Assembly: GCF_964194155.1 (NCBI RefSeq)
Contig: NC_135892.1
Span: 110,174,001-110,238,000, forward strand
Direction of reading: 5' to 3'
DNA length: 64,000 nucleotides
Source: Cetorhinus maximus
Taxonomy: Eukaryota
Position 1 is the first letter of the stretch, and the number at the start of each line of letters is the position of its first letter. Shown here piece by piece: positions 1 through 14,100 of this stretch. The notes beneath the pieces are model-generated. The model searched no databases. It had not been told where the DNA came from and was given only the letters and a program-made list of their open reading frames with translations. The translations under genes were made by a program, and so were the position numbers.

Positions 1-1189
1 GTTGCCTGGAAAGCATGTTGGGACAACCTGAGGATGTGAAAGTTGCTGTGTAAATGCATGTTAATTCTTTCCTTTTTTTTCTCATCAAAATTGGAATAAA
101 ACTGGCTTGGTGGGGGGGATTTAGCAGTGGGGAAGAAACCTTGAAGGTTGGCGGTATTTTTGGTATTGAGCAGCACTTAGCTGTGAACTCACCATCTCTG
201 CTCCAGATGTCAAGGTGAGCAGAGTGGAGAGAAGTTGGATATTTGGTCAATCTGGGTCCCTCAGACGTCTCACCAGTCCCTGAGCGAGTAGTGTTGGCAG
301 AAGCCTGGCACCCGCCGGTCTCAGGGGGATTGGCCACTCCATCTTGAGCAGCTGGGAAAATGCTTGGCAGGCTGGGCAGGACGTGAACCTGAAGATGTGG
401 TACATGGTGGGGAAGTGGAAGACAGAGGGGCGGCTGGTCAAAAAAACAAACCTCCAAACCAAACAACATCCTGACTCGGAACTATATCACTGTTCCGTCA
501 ATGTCAGAGGGTCAAAATCCTGGAACTCCCAAGCAGCATTGTGGGTGCACCTACACCCTTTGACTCCAGTGGGTGAAGAAGGCAGCTCACCACCACCAAT
601 TTGATGTGGGCGTCGCTGGCAAGAACAGCATTTGTTGCCCATCCCTAATTGCCCTTGAACTGAGTGGCTTGCTAGGGCCATTTTAGGAGGGCAGTTAAGA
701 CTCAACCACATTGCATTGGATCTGAAGTCACATGTAGGTCAGACCAGGTAAGGACAGCAGACTTCCTTCCCTGGGGTTTTTAACAACAATCAATGATAGT
801 TTCATTCATTACTGAGACTAACTTTCAATTTCAGATTTTTATTTTAATTAATTGATTTTAAATTGAATCCTCTGAAGGGGTTTGAGGCTGTGTTTCCAGC
901 ACATTGACTGGGATCGCTGGCTTATTAGTCATTAGTCACTAGTACCATTACACCACCTTCTCTCCTAGTTTATTAGGGATGGGCAATAAACCCTGGCCTT
1001 GCCAGCAACGCTCACATCCCATGAATTAATAAAAAGAACATGGGATTTCTGGATATTCACCAGTGCTTAAGGGTTTGCTTTTTGCATTATGACCATTTTC
1101 CCCAAAGAAACCAAAATAATTCGCCTAATTGTAAGCCGCTCTGTCAACTTTTCCGATTACTTTTCCAAGTGATTTCCAAGCTTATTTGG

Positions 1190-1630
1190 AGACTGGAGAA
1201 GCTGAGATTGTTCCCCTTAGGGCAGCATAGGTTAAAGGGGATATTTAATCGAGGTGTTCCAAATATTGTTGGAGGGGTGGGGGGCGGGGTAGAGTTTGAT
1301 AAGAGTGGATGGGGAGAAACTGGAGAGCCAATAAGCAGAGGACGCAAATTTAAAATCAGAGGGGAGATGAGGAGAATTTTTTTTTTTCTGCACAACAAGT
1401 TGCTGTGATCTGGAGTGCGCTCCCTGAAAGGGCGTTGGGAGCAGATTCAATAAGAACTTTCGATAGGGAATTGGGTAGAAACCTGGAAAGGAGAAATTTG
1501 CCTGACCGTGGAGCAAGAGCAGAGTGGACTGGAGCTCATCGGATTGCTCTGTCAAAGAGCTGGTACAGGCTGGTGTGTGGACTGAATGGCCTCCTTCTTC
1601 ACTGCTGTATGACTCCATGACCCCATGAAG
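1190..1630 (+). mobile_element. Degraded CR1 3' fragment (similar fragments at ~14890-15210, ~20720-21065, ~33500-33835)
   Basis: Shared motifs gatgaggagaatttt…tggagtgcgctccc…ggactgaatggcctcc. Confidence 0.65.
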
Positions 1631-2407
1631 CAGCCTTTGGAGGTGAGAGAGAACTTTTAGGTATAGTGGTGTTTTGCAGATCAGGCAGGAGTGTTCCATT
1701 TCCAGGGCCTCCCTGTCATGAATAAGGCTTGTGATGTAACCCTGTTTTATGGATTTCCCAGCTTAAGTTGGCTCAGTTCCAATGTTTGCAATCATGTGCA
1801 TGCGCAATTATTTTCTTTCCCCTTTTAACGTGTTCCTTCTTAAATACCCCTGAGGGGTCAGTTTTTAAAGTCTATTTGCCTAATTTTAAACTGTTGCAGC
1901 TGCTGCACTTACCAGATTTATATATATTTAAAGTGAGCTAGACTGATTATTTTTGCATGGACTTTATGGGGGATTTAAGAATAATGGGGCTTTGCCTCGG
2001 GAGTTGGACTGGGAACTGAATGTCCATTGTGCTCGTGGCATCTGGAAAATCACGATCATTGGTGGACCTTCTGAGGGGAGAGGAGGGAAAGAAGGGTGTA
2101 AAATCTTCTAGGCGTATTTTTGGTTCTGAAATGGGGTGCCATGAACACCCCCAACCGGGAGGGCCCAAAGCTGGCCTGAAATTGGACCTTGAACCTCATT
2201 AATGTTACTTAACAGTCACGGGGAACAATCCTTCTCCTTCTGATCCACAGCAATGTTTTTCTTTCCTACCAGATGCCAAAGAGGCTGAGTGGATCAGGCC
2301 CATCGCCTACACCACTCATTTTTAATCCAATTTTAGCAAGGAGGCCAAAAACAGCGTTGGGCCTTTCCATGTAATTGGCCAAACGGCTGTTTCAGGGAGT
2401 GAAGCAT

Positions 2408-2880
2408 GTAAGAACACAAGACACAGGAGCTGGAGTAGGCCATTTGGCCCCTTGAGCCTACCCCGCCATTCACTTAGATCATGGCTGACTGAGTGTGGCC
2501 TCAGCTCAACTTTCCTGCCTGTTCTCCAACATCTTTGATTCTCCTATAGTTAAGAATGTGTCTATCTCAGCCTTGAGCATATTCAATGACTCAGTCTCAA
2601 CTGCTCTCTGGGACAGAGACTTTCAAAGAGGCACAATCCTCTGAGGGAAGAACTTCCTCCTCATCTCCGTGTTAAATGGGGGACCCCTTATTCTGAAACT
2701 GTGTCCCCATGTTCTAGATTCCCCCAAGAGGGGAAGCATCCCTTCAGCATCTACCCTGTCAAGTGCCCCTGAATCTGACATGGTTCAATAAGATCACATC
2801 TTGCTCTTCTAAACTCCAATGAGTATAGGCCCAACCTGCTCAACCTTTTCTTATAAAAAAAATTCCCTTCATTCCAAGAA
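2408..2880 (-). mobile_element. CR1 LINE 3' fragment, antisense
   Basis: Reverse complement resembles 29522-30082 (ggagtaggccatttggccc…, aacttcctcctcatctcc…, tctaccctgtcaag). Confidence 0.75.
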
Positions 2881-5664
2881 TCGGTCAACAATGCCTGAAA
2901 ATTGGCTCAGTCCAATATGTTGGGTCAGAGACCTTTCAGGCATCTTGTGAGCGTGAAAATGGTGCTCAATTGTATTCGTTTTTTACCCTGTGCAATGGAT
3001 GCAACAAGGTCCAGTTTCTACCAAAGAGTGAGAGTGAGAGAGAGAAAAAGAGCACTAGTTTTTATTGTATTATGTACACGGCTACATATAACCTTTTGCC
3101 TCTCCACAGCTCCAAGCTGTCATTATTAACAAAATATTCCAATATGATTCTCTCGGGTCCAAAACATTACACTTCCCCATATTCAACTTCAGCTGCCAAT
3201 TTTCCCCACTCCCTTAATCTGTCTGCGTTCCTTTGTAACTTCTTCCTCTCATGTGCTCCATTTACTGTGCCTCCTAACATTCTGCCCTCTGCAAATTTGG
3301 ATATACAATTTCCTATTCCTTCGGGCAAGTCGGTGATAAATATTGTGAAAAGCTGAGGCTTCAGAAAAAATTCCAAGTGAACACCAGTTCTCACTGTTGT
3401 ATATTTTATATATCTCACGGCAACGCAGAGATGACACTAGTTTCTAAGAGCGGAATTTTATGGCCCTGTCGCGGTGGGGGTGGGGCCGTAACATGCGGCG
3501 AGACATTCAAAAGTCCGTTGACTTCGGCGGGACTGTAAAATCCTGCTAGTGTACAACTCCACCCTAAATATGCAACAGGTTTATATACGAGAGTTTAAAA
3601 ATATCCCTGCAACCACAAAATGTCTGCACTCCTGCTAACAGCTCAGCTTCTGTGGTGAAGTTTACTTTGCTCTGAGTCCACACCCAGGCTTAGCCGATCA
3701 AGCACAGTGAGCATGGATCAGTTACCAGACTCGCATAATCAAACGCAGAATATTTGAACACCACAACACTGATTCACATTAGGTCAGCTGACCAAGAGCT
3801 TGGTTAAAGGGATAGGTTTTAAGAAGTGTCTTTAAAGCAGGATAAAGTGAGGAAGGGAGGGAATTCCAAAGCTTGGGGCCTAGGAAACTGACCCCTATTG
3901 GTGGAACAATTATAATTGGGATTACATACAAGGCCAGAATTAGGAGTGCAGATATCTGGGAGGGTTATGGGGCTGGAGGAGATTACGTTTATAAGGAGGG
4001 GCAAGGCTATGGAGGGATTTCAAAATAAGGATGAGAATTTTAGAATCAAGGTATTTCTTGAGCAGGAGTCAATGTAGGTCAGTTAGCAAAGGGGTAACAG
4101 GGGAACAGGACGCAGAACAATTGAACACTACAGTCACGTTCCACCAGTCAGAAATCTGGTGCAGAATTTTATGTTCCTCCGTTGGTGATTTTGTAGCTGG
4201 GGTGGGGGTGGGTGGGTGGTGGTGATGGCCATAAAATCCTTCGGATGGCCTTCCCACCAGGCTCGCGCCGGTCCCTGACCTCTCCACAATTTTATGGTGG
4301 CTGCGCCCCCCCACTCCCCAACCTTGCCCTTGCCCCAATTGAAGTCCTTCAGTGGCCAATTAATGACCTCTTAAGGGCAGTTTCCCACCTAGCCTCAATT
4401 GTCAGGCTGATGGGAGGAGTTCAGGGGCAGGGGGGGAAATCTAGGAAAGGGACCCTGCTCAGGGCTCAGGTGGGTGGGAGATTGGGGGTGGGGTGTTGTG
4501 GGAGGGGCACCTCCGTCAACAGCCACCTTTCAACATTAGGTCACCCTCCCTCCCAAAAAGCCTGGCCCCTGCGATGCTCCCTTCTCCTTGGCCTCTAAAC
4601 CAACACCACCCGCACCCCCCCACCCCTGCAACCTGCCTCACCCTCCCCACCATCCTAAAAATCCTGGCCCTGGTTACTGGTAGACTAGTACCGGGAGATA
4701 ATATGGGCACGGAAGTTATTGAATTTTTGTAAAAACCTAACTGTTTTTACCAGTGTCATTCAGAGGAGAGAACCTTTCATCCTCACTTATTATTCCCCAC
4801 ATTATCTGGTTCTCCAGTGCCTAAATTAGCCTCGTGAACTGCTCAGTTTTAAAAAAAAACCTCCTCTGAAAGAAGCTCCTCCATATATTATGTTGCATCC
4901 TGGCAAGAAATTCACCCAAAATCCATACGGCAAGATAGATCCTCAACGTCACAACAACCCAACTTGGGATTTGCCTATTTCTTTCACAGCCTCTGGAGAG
5001 ACGTCAATAGAAACAGAGGAAACCTCGGCGGGTGTGACAGCATCCGTGGAGGGGGAAAGTGGGATAACGGGTGGGATTTTCCGGCCCCCCCCCCCCCCAC
5101 CCAAACTGGCGGGATCTCCCAGTCCCGCCAAAGTCAATGGGTCTTTGGCTCGCTCACCTCCTCCGTTGCGGCAGGACCCCCCTCCCCAGGGCCAGCAAAC
5201 CCCATCCAACGTTTCAAGTTGAGTGCGACTCTCCCTCGGAACTTTTGGAAAGACGTAGTACTCAGCGGAGGGATTGTAATGTATTCAGACACACGCTTCA
5301 ACATTCTCACAGTCAACAGCTTTGAACCATTTCATTGACGTTCCCATTAGCCTCAGCCTGGTGATTAAAATCTGGCATGTTTCCTGTGATTTCCCACTCG
5401 GAGCATTCCTGGCTTCGATTGAATCACCTAAAGAAGGTGGGGAGATAAAACCCAGTTGCCACCTCAGGAAATGGTGAGATGGATGTGGAGATGCCCTTTG
5501 AGTTGAAGGAAGGGAAAAGAAAATGACAGGCACATTGCCATCCAGTACATTGAATACAGATGTGACAGAATGAATCAGATCCTCTGCGCAATACAGAATC
5601 TTTTCTGATGTAATGCACACTGGTCATAGTGCCCCTCCTATTGACTGGTGTTCAAATGTGTGCC

Positions 5665-6105
5665 AGCTGCGGCTCGGTCTTACCTCTGAATTGTAAGGCT
5701 CGAAATTCAAGTCCCACTCCAGGACTTGAGTACAACGATCAAGGCTGACACTGCAGTGCAGTACCAAGGGAATACTGCCTTGTTGGAGGTGCTGTCTTTC
5801 AGATGAGATGTTAACCAAGGCCCCCATCTCCCTGCTTGGGTGGATGTAAGCAATCCCATGGGACCATTTCAAAGTAGAGTAGGGGAGTTATCTTGATGTG
5901 CTGGTCAATATTTATCCCTCAATCAACAGCGCGCAAAAAGAAAACAGATTGTCACGTGGCTGTTTTGGGAGTTTACCGTGTGCGTGGCTGCAGTGATTCC
6001 TTCATCACAACAGTGACTACGCTTCATAAGTATTTCATTGGCTAACAGTTGCTTTGAGATGTCCAGTTGCCCCGAAAAGTGCTAGGTAAATGCCAGTCTT
6101 TCGTT
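5665..6105 (+). mobile_element. Deu-domain SINE (SacSINE1/AmnSINE1-like)
   Basis: B-box-like ttcaagtcc, then ggaggtgctgtctttcagatgagatgttaa…atcccatgg…agagtagggg, which resembles the Deu core as recalled. Confidence 0.65.
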
Positions 6106-9100
6106 TTATATTGTGTCTTCCCTAACTTTAAGATGTTCCTTAAGAGACGCACTGCAGCAAATTAAGTGCTACCGAAATGTGTTTGCTGTTGCAATGTAGA
6201 AATGCCTATTGGCACACAGCGAGCTCCCACAAACAGAAATGTGACAAGTGATGAGTTTTTTTTGGTGATTTGAATGATTAATATCGCCAAGACAAATGGG
6301 AGAACTCCCCTGCTCTTCTTTGAAACAGTGCTGCAGGATAGAGGGGAGAGATGGAGCCTCGCACTTACAGTTCATCCAAAACCTGGCAGCTTTCGACAAT
6401 GCAGCACTCCCTCAGTGCTGTACTGCAGAGTCAGCTTGGATGGTGTGTTCAGATCTCTGGGGTGAGACTTTGAACCCACAACGTCTGACTCAGGGACAAC
6501 AGTGCTGTCCACTAAACCACATCTCATTGAAGGGATGGCAGAGGGGAGAGTAACGTTAGCCTGGGGTTTGTCCTGTGGGCCGTATCATTCCATTTTGGAA
6601 AAAAAAAAATTCACAACACTTATTTCCATTGGGAAGGTGGTGATGAGCCATATTCTTGAACACAACTCAATGGCCGCTGGGCCATTTCAGAGGGCAACCA
6701 CATTGCTGTGGGTCTGGAGTCACATATAAATCAGAAAGTCGATAGATTTGCCCCCCTAAAGGATATGCGTGAACCAGATGGGTTTTTACAAACAATTCAG
6801 TAGTTTCAAAGTCACCGTTGGTAAAACCAGCTTTTATTCCCGATTTATTCAATTAAAGGAATTTAAATACCCACAACTGACGTGGTTTTTTTTTTCTTCA
6901 TTTATTCATTCATGGGGTGTGGGTGTCGCTGGCTGGGCCAGCATTTGTTACCCATCCTTAGCTGCCCTTGAGAAGGTGGCGGTGAGCTGCTGCCTTCTTG
7001 AACTGCTGCAGCCCATGTGGTGTAGGTACACCCACAGCGCTGTTAGGGGAGGGAGCTCCAGGATTCTGACCCAGCGATAATGAGGGAACGGCGATAAAGT
7101 TCCAAGTCAGGATGGTGGGATTTGAACTCGTTGTCTTCAACTCATGAGTTCAGGCCCTTTGATTGCTAGTTTAATAACATAACCACTATGCTGTTGCAAC
7201 CTATAACCCCTGGTCTCCATCTTCCTATATGCTGATGTGTTACATATTGTTCGAAGCTTATCACAGACAATCCCTTTGCTGCTTTGTCACAGTGGGTTCC
7301 CACGGACACCGGAGTTTTGGCTGCTCTGGATCTGGGAGTGCTGGATTGACTTCCTTTTGGCTTGCAAACCAAAATTATCGCGACAAAAGATCTAAAGGAA
7401 GTTAAGTTTCATCTTCGTTACTGATAGGCAAAAGAATGGAGAAAGGAAGAAAGAATTTTGCATTTATTTTTGCATCTTACCACCGCTTCAGAAAGCACTC
7501 CGCAGCTAATGGCTTACTTTTAGAAATGGAAAGTTTCAGACCCTGACTTGACTATTTTAATGTTGCTCCTAAGATAATGAAACAATCTGTTTTTCGTGAA
7601 GTTGGTTGTGGGGGGGGTAAATGTCGACCAGGACGCCGGGGAGAACTCAGCCGAACATCTACGAGATAATGCTGTGAGATCATTGCCTGAGTGGGCAGAC
7701 AGGACCTCAGTGCAGTGCCTGATCTGAACAATATCCCTCAGTGCGCTGCCCTGGGAGCTCTGGGCTTGAACCTGTGACCTCCTAATTCAAAAAAAAAGCT
7801 AGAGTGCTGTCTGCTGAGTCACAGCTAACGTCTGAAGTAATTGTTGGTTTTGCTTCAGTGAGTTTAGTTAAGTGGGTGGTTTCAGTCGTACTTAACACTG
7901 AGTGGCTAGTAAACAGAACCATGTTCAGAATACCGAGCGCAGGTTTAATACTCTGGGCCGAGGTTGAGAATGGAGCCGGGCGGGGGGGACCGAGAATACT
8001 CGTGCCAGCCTTGTGCCCGCTTCCTGACTCTGTCCCCGGCTTCTGCCATTTTTGGCAAAGGGGAGGGGGTGGGGGGGGTTCGGGGCCCACGAGCTGAGCA
8101 GCCAGTTGGGGTCATTTAAGAGCTGTGAAGCACAATGACTGGGATTTTCCAGTTGGCCTCCAGTTTCCCAGCGCAATGGGGTATGGGGGGGTGGGGTTGG
8201 GGCGGTGGGTAGGGGTGATTTAACTACCCAGGGGTGGAAACCCAGTGGCAGACCAGGGGCCCAGTGCTCCGGGCAGGCGTACAGACCCTCCTTTGCCCGC
8301 CTGGGTGTGGGAGCAGCCACAAGCCTCCCTGTAGAGGAGGTCCAAGTCCACCCCTCCCCCCCCCACCCTCAGTCCCAACCAACAGTGGTGCCCTTGGCTC
8401 CTGAATCTTTTTTATTACAAGCCTTAAAAAGTTTGGCCTCCATGTTGAAGCTCTCTCTCAGTTACTTACCCTCGACTGCACCCTGCTGCTCCCCTCAAGC
8501 TGAAATGCCTCTGATTGGCCCAACAGCTTTGAGGGCCCGCTTGGTGCCAATTGGTTGGGAAACCCGTCCCCGTGAAAAATCAGGGGGCACCCTCCGCGAA
8601 AATGTCAAGGAGCGACTGTTTCCTCCCGGGCAGCGGGTTCAGGACCCGAAAGCCGTTCCGGCTCCTGTTTCCCTGCCCCAAAGGGAAAACTCCAGCCCCA
8701 AATGTGGAGTGGTCTACTCCTGTTCCAATGGGACAGCTTACAAAAGGAGCCTCACCCGGTATGACTGCTGCACAGCTCGGGGAAGGAGGAAGGTGTTTGG
8801 AGCAGTTTCTGGCTTTAATGATCTGGAGAGACTCACCGAATGGAATTTGGGTTCATTAGGAGGGGCGGGGGGAAAGGAACTCAAACTGACTGACGTCAGT
8901 TTTCATTGGATCAGAGGCCTGAATAAGGTGGAGGTAAATAAGTGATTTAATGCAGACTGTGGTTGGGCAGGGCCAGCACAGAAATCGGAAAAATCTGTGC
9001 ACGCACAGCCTTCTCCACCCCATCTCCTCCACACCCCCTTCCCCCACCCTCCTCTGGAATTATGTGGAATAAATGTGGAATGATCTCAAAAAACCCAGTT

Positions 9101-11934
9101 AGCATCACATAGGAAAAATGTTATGTAATGGGTTTGTACATCCCATGTGAAGGATAGGCACATACACTGACGCTTAACGCTAGGAGCATGGAAAATGTTA
9201 TTGGTGGAATGTGATGTTCAAAGCAGGAGAGTGTCTGTTAAAATGTCAGTAATGAGTTTTGCAAGATTACCTCAAGGGTTAGTGAGACAATTACTTCAAA
9301 TACTTACACCTCCCTCAGTGAAAGACGTTGGGCACTGTCCAAGGCTATGCGAATTATAACCTCTCTGTGGAAGCAAGCAACTTAAACAAAGTGGTCTCTC
9401 GTGGTTTTTAATATGTTAATTGGCTGGATATGTTCACAGAACGTTCATAGGCAAAAATACTGCGATCTTTTTCGATGTGTGTGTTTCCTCGTCTATCCTG
9501 AGGTGTTCCTTGTTGCATTTTGATGCATCTGCTGGCATGCGCTGGTGAAACTGATGCTGATAGACTTTCTGCTGAAGTTGACAAGAGCAACAATCACCTA
9601 TATTTTTATTACATTTGTTGTGGTTAATTGGTGGTGAATGTTGGTGAAGTTTCTGGTGAAATTAGTGACTGTTGATGGACTTTTTGGTGAATATTGGTGA
9701 ATTTTCTGGTGAAATTGGTTGATGTTGATGGATTTTCTGGTGAAATTGATGTATTTGCTGGTGTATTTCGTTGGGTGCCTTTTGAGAAATTTGTAGAGTT
9801 GGTTGACTTATTGCCTTATTAGGGAAGTCTGAATATTCTGTCGAGTATTTACACCGTTGCTGATATGTTTGGTGTGTGTCTTAGTGTGCCTTGGTGGATT
9901 GATGGTTTGTTTTGATGATGATACAGTTGTACGTTGTCCTGAGATGGTCCTTCTTATTCTGTGGACTCTAGGTGTCATATTCGGTTACTAGACAGACTGT
10001 AGTCATACTCTAGTATCTGCTTAACCCTTGTCTATTTGTACTACACGAAACAGTTTACAGAGAAGATTTGTTGCTCCTGGGCCTGGTGTTCCCACCTCCC
10101 TCTCTCTCTCTCCGAAGTCTAACATGACTGACTAATGTCAGTGATACATCAGCATCTATGTCACACATTAGCATATCCCACCTGTTAATCCTTTATACTA
10201 CATATGTGACAGTGATTCTAGTTTGTTTTTGTGGGTTATTTTTGAAATGTTTGTTTAATTTGTGTATGGATAGCGTGTTTTATGCATAAGCTAATGTCCT
10301 TTAGGGAAGGAAATCTGTCGTCCTTACCTGGTCTAGCCTATATGTGACTCCAGACCCACAGCAATGTGGTTAGCACTTAAATGCCCCCTGAACAAGGGCA
10401 TTTAAGGATGGGCAATAAATGCTGGCCTAGCCAGCGACTCCCACATCCCATGAATGAATAAGAAAAAAGCTGAGGTTTTTGGTATATCTTTGTGGTTTGC
10501 TTGTGCTGTGCCACACTGTCGATGGTTTTGGAGTATGGTTGCAGTCTTTATGCTTTGTTGCTGATGTGCTTTGACAGATCACAGCATGTTAGCTGCGTCA
10601 CTTGGTGGGATATTGTAATTTGGGTGGTTGCTGTTCTAGCTTTTTAAATTCATTCACAGGATGTGGGCATCACTGGCTAGGCCAGCATTGATTGCCCATC
10701 CCTAATTGCCCTTGAGAAGGTGGTGGTGAGCTGCCTTCTTGAACCGCTGCAGTCCCTGTGGCCTAGGTACACCCACAGTGCTGTTAGGGAGGGAGTTCCA
10801 GGATTTTGACCCTGCGTGGGGAGGTGGTGATGTCGTGGTATTGTCACTGGGCTGGTAATTCAGAGACCCAGGTTGATGCTCTGGGGACCGGGGTTCGAAT
10901 CCACCGCAGCAAATAATGGAATTTACATTCAATAAAAATCTGGAATTGAAAGTCTACTGATAACCATGAAACCATTGTCACCTGGTTCACTAATGACTCT
11001 GTAGGGAAGGAAATCTGTCGTCCTTACCTGGTCTGGCCTACATGTGACTCCAGACCCACAGCAATGTGGTTGACTCTTAAATGGCCTCGCAAGCCACTCA
11101 GTTGTATTGAAACTGCTACAAAGCCAATAAAAGTCTTGTTGATGGGTTTTGATTATGTTTCAGTGACTTTCTGATGTATTTTGTTGACATGCCTGGATAG
11201 ATTCACAGACACTTGTGTTATGTTACTGGTCAGTTTTGTTGGGTTGCTGTGTGGGTGGTTGCTGTGTGGGTGGTTGCTGTGTGGGTGGGGTAGATGATTG
11301 GTGCACTGTTATGATATGATTTAGTGGATTGTTGGGGTATTTTAAATGTTTCTGTGTATTTTTAAAGAATTGCTGGAACATATTGATATGTCATGGAGCC
11401 ACAGAGTCTTTACCGAAAAGAAGGAGGCCATTCAGCCTATCGAGTTCATGCTGGCTCTCTGTAGAACAACCCATTCAGCCCTACTCACTCACTCTTTTCC
11501 CATAGCCCTGCAAGTTTATTTCCCTTAAACGCACGACCAATTGGAAATTTTCTAAGATTGATGGCAGATTTGCTGTTGTTTTTTGGTGGGTGTGTTTTTC
11601 CCAGGACACAAGGGAGAACTCCCGATCTGTTCTTCAAAGCAGCACCATGGAATCTTTTGTGTCCACCTGAGTGGTCAGGGGGGACCTTTAAGATCTCATC
11701 TAAAAGAAGACACTTCTGACAGTGCAGCACTCCCTCAGTACTGCACTGCGCACGAGTCTCTGGAGTGGGGCTTGAATCCACAACCTTCTGACTGAGGTGA
11801 CCCAAACTATTCTAGAAGATCACTTTTTTGGTACTGACTGACCGTACGCAAGGTACACGCCGCTTGTTCAAGGTCAGAAGTCGGAATGAATTCACTGAAT
11901 CAGCTCGCACCGATTCAGCCAGCAGCCTGTCCCA

Positions 11935-12075
11935 AAAGCAAAATGCTGCAGATGCAGGAATTCTGAAATAAAAAGCCAAAAAAAATGCTGGAAACACTCA
12001 GCTGGTCAGGCAGTATCTGTGGAGAGAGAAACAGAGTTAACGCTTCAGGTTGAGATGACTTTCATCAGTCTGAAA
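11935..12075 (+). repeat. Short interspersed repeat (inverted copy at ~28862-28970)
   Basis: gctggaaacactcagctggtcaggcagtatctgtggagagagaaacagagttaacg versus the reverse complement of acgtcagctgtgctcttctccgccgatgctgccagacctgctgagtttttccagg. Confidence 0.55.
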
Positions 12076-13662
12076 AAAAGTATCCTAACTTTGAACTTAC
12101 ATCTGTTCTCACATAAACCAGCATGATAGTGAATCTCACCTGTCCAGTTGAATCCAACTGATCCACAAAACACTGTGCGGTCCCTTGATGACTTAAAAAC
12201 CTTAGTCAAATCACCGTGTAGTCTACATTTGCCTTGAGTACCAAGACCCAATTTGTTGAGCCTCTCTGTGTAACCAAAGTACTTTAAACTGAAGTATTCT
12301 GATGTTTGGATGGATCCCCTTTTCTGTTTAACTACGAATGAGACAAGTGCACATGTTCTGCCATCTATAATTGCAGGGTTTGCGCAATGAAATTACTAAG
12401 GGAGGGGTGGTTGAGGTCAGATAGCTCCCTGTATCCAGTCTCTCTCTTTCTAATGGGGAATGCCCTCCGGAGGCTTAAATTCCTCACTTGTGCTGTCACT
12501 GGAGTGGAACTGAATGATGTCATGGTGGAGGATTCCAACTCCAAAACCCACCAGGCAGCAGTTTCAAAGCAGAATGCACTATTTCACATAAGAGTGGTGA
12601 AAGGGCATTAGTAATAGTCCAGATCTCCTCCTTTCAGGATTTGGGCCAATTCAAAGAATGAGTCAGGAATCCCAGTATACGAGATTTCCACTTTTTCATG
12701 AAACATATTTCAGCAAGATGTTTAAGGTAACCTGGACTTGTTTTGATGATGCAATTATTGGACAGGTAGTTCCCTTGCTAACACATGATAGATGGACCAT
12801 CCTAGGAATGCGGTTGGCAACCCAATTTTATACTTGACATGTACAGATAAGGAAGCTTCCTCGTATTCGTTCCTGGCACATGGTGTATGGCTAATTCCAG
12901 CCAGGTTCAGCGGCCGCAGTGCAGATCAACCATGATCTACTTAAACGGCAGAGCAGGTTCGAAGAGCCAAATTTTTTTTTTACTTGTTCACGGGATGTGA
13001 GACTCGCTGGTAAGGCAAGCATTTATTACCATCCCACCTGCCCTTGAGAAGGTGGTGGTTTCCCGCTGCCTTGACCTGCTGCAGTCCACGTGGTGTAGGT
13101 ACGCCCACCATGACTTTTCTGTAGCGGTTCGGTACAACTGAGTGGCTTACAAGGTCGGGCGATTTAAGAGCCAAGCACGTTGTTGTGGGCCTGGAGTTAC
13201 ATGAAGGCCAGACCGGGTGAGGATAGCAGTTTTCCTTCACTGTGACAATCTGATAATTATATGTTCATCGATATTGATGCTAGGCTCTTCATTCCAGATA
13301 TTTTGTACTTAATTAACGAGGATTTAAATTCTCCAGCTGCCAGGAAGGGATTTGAACTCATTAGTAGAGTTACAACCACGATACTACCATAACCCTTATT
13401 GGCCTATTCCTATTTCTACTGTTCTAGGTTTCTAAAGTGAATTCAATAAATCTTTGGGCTACCCTGAGGAAGCAACATTACCTAAAAGCTGTACTGGTTC
13501 ATCCATGTGTTTCAGGAAAGGATATTCCCAACACTATCCAATCTGGCCTCCCGTGACTGAAGTCTATGCCATGTATATGAGGCAATTATGTCAGCCACAG
13601 GGCAGCTTGGGATGGGGGAAAGATGTGGATTGGCCAGTTTTAGTTATTGCTGAGAATTAATA

Positions 13663-14010
13663 GGGGAGGCAGTGGCGTTGTGATATCGTCACTGGACTAA
13701 TATTTCAGAGTAGTCCCAGGGTAATGACCTGGGTTCAAATCCCAACATAGCAGATGGTGAAATTTGAATTCAATAAAAATCTGGAATTAAAAGTCCGATG
13801 ATGACCAAGAAACCTGTGCCGATTGTCATGAAAACCCATCTGGTTCACTAACGCCCTTTTAGGGAAGGAAATCTGCTGCCCTCGCCTGGTCTGGCCTACA
13901 TGTGACTCCAGACCCACAGCAATGTGATTGGCTCTTAAATGCCCTCTGAGCAAGGAGTAATGAGGGATGGGCTAACCAGTGATGCCCACACCCCATGAAT
14001 GAATAAAAAG
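13663..14010 (+). mobile_element. tRNA-derived SINE with LINE-derived 3' tail (related copies ~10816-11095 +, ~600-960 -, ~6620-7200 -, ~58610-58935 -)
   Basis: Pol III A-box-like tggcgttgtga and B-box gggttcaaatcc; conserved body agggaaggaaatctg…ggtctggcctacatgtgactccagacccacagcaatgtg; tail agggatggg…cccatgaatgaataaaaa. Confidence 0.8.
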
Positions 14011-14045
14011 AAGGAAACTGGAGTTGAAATTTTCTTGGAGCTGCA

Positions 14046-14100
14046 CCCCCTCCCCAGCCAATCCATGCCTGGAAGTGCGGTCGCAGTCCTGTTTTCCGGC
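14046..14100 (+). promoter_or_regulatory. Possible promoter-like motif cluster ~250 bp upstream of the signal-peptide exon
   Basis: cccctcccc (GC-box-like), ccaat (14058-14062) and ggaagt (ETS-like, 14071-14076) lie within 30 bp. Motif evidence only. Confidence 0.2.

Noticed and set aside
8205-8945. 246-aa ORF, with a palindromic CRE (tgacgtca, 8891-8898) and a possible donor gag|gtaaat near its end
   Set aside because: The ORF runs through GC-rich MITE-like sequence with no homology recognised. The CRE and donor are single short motifs, insufficient to call exon 1.
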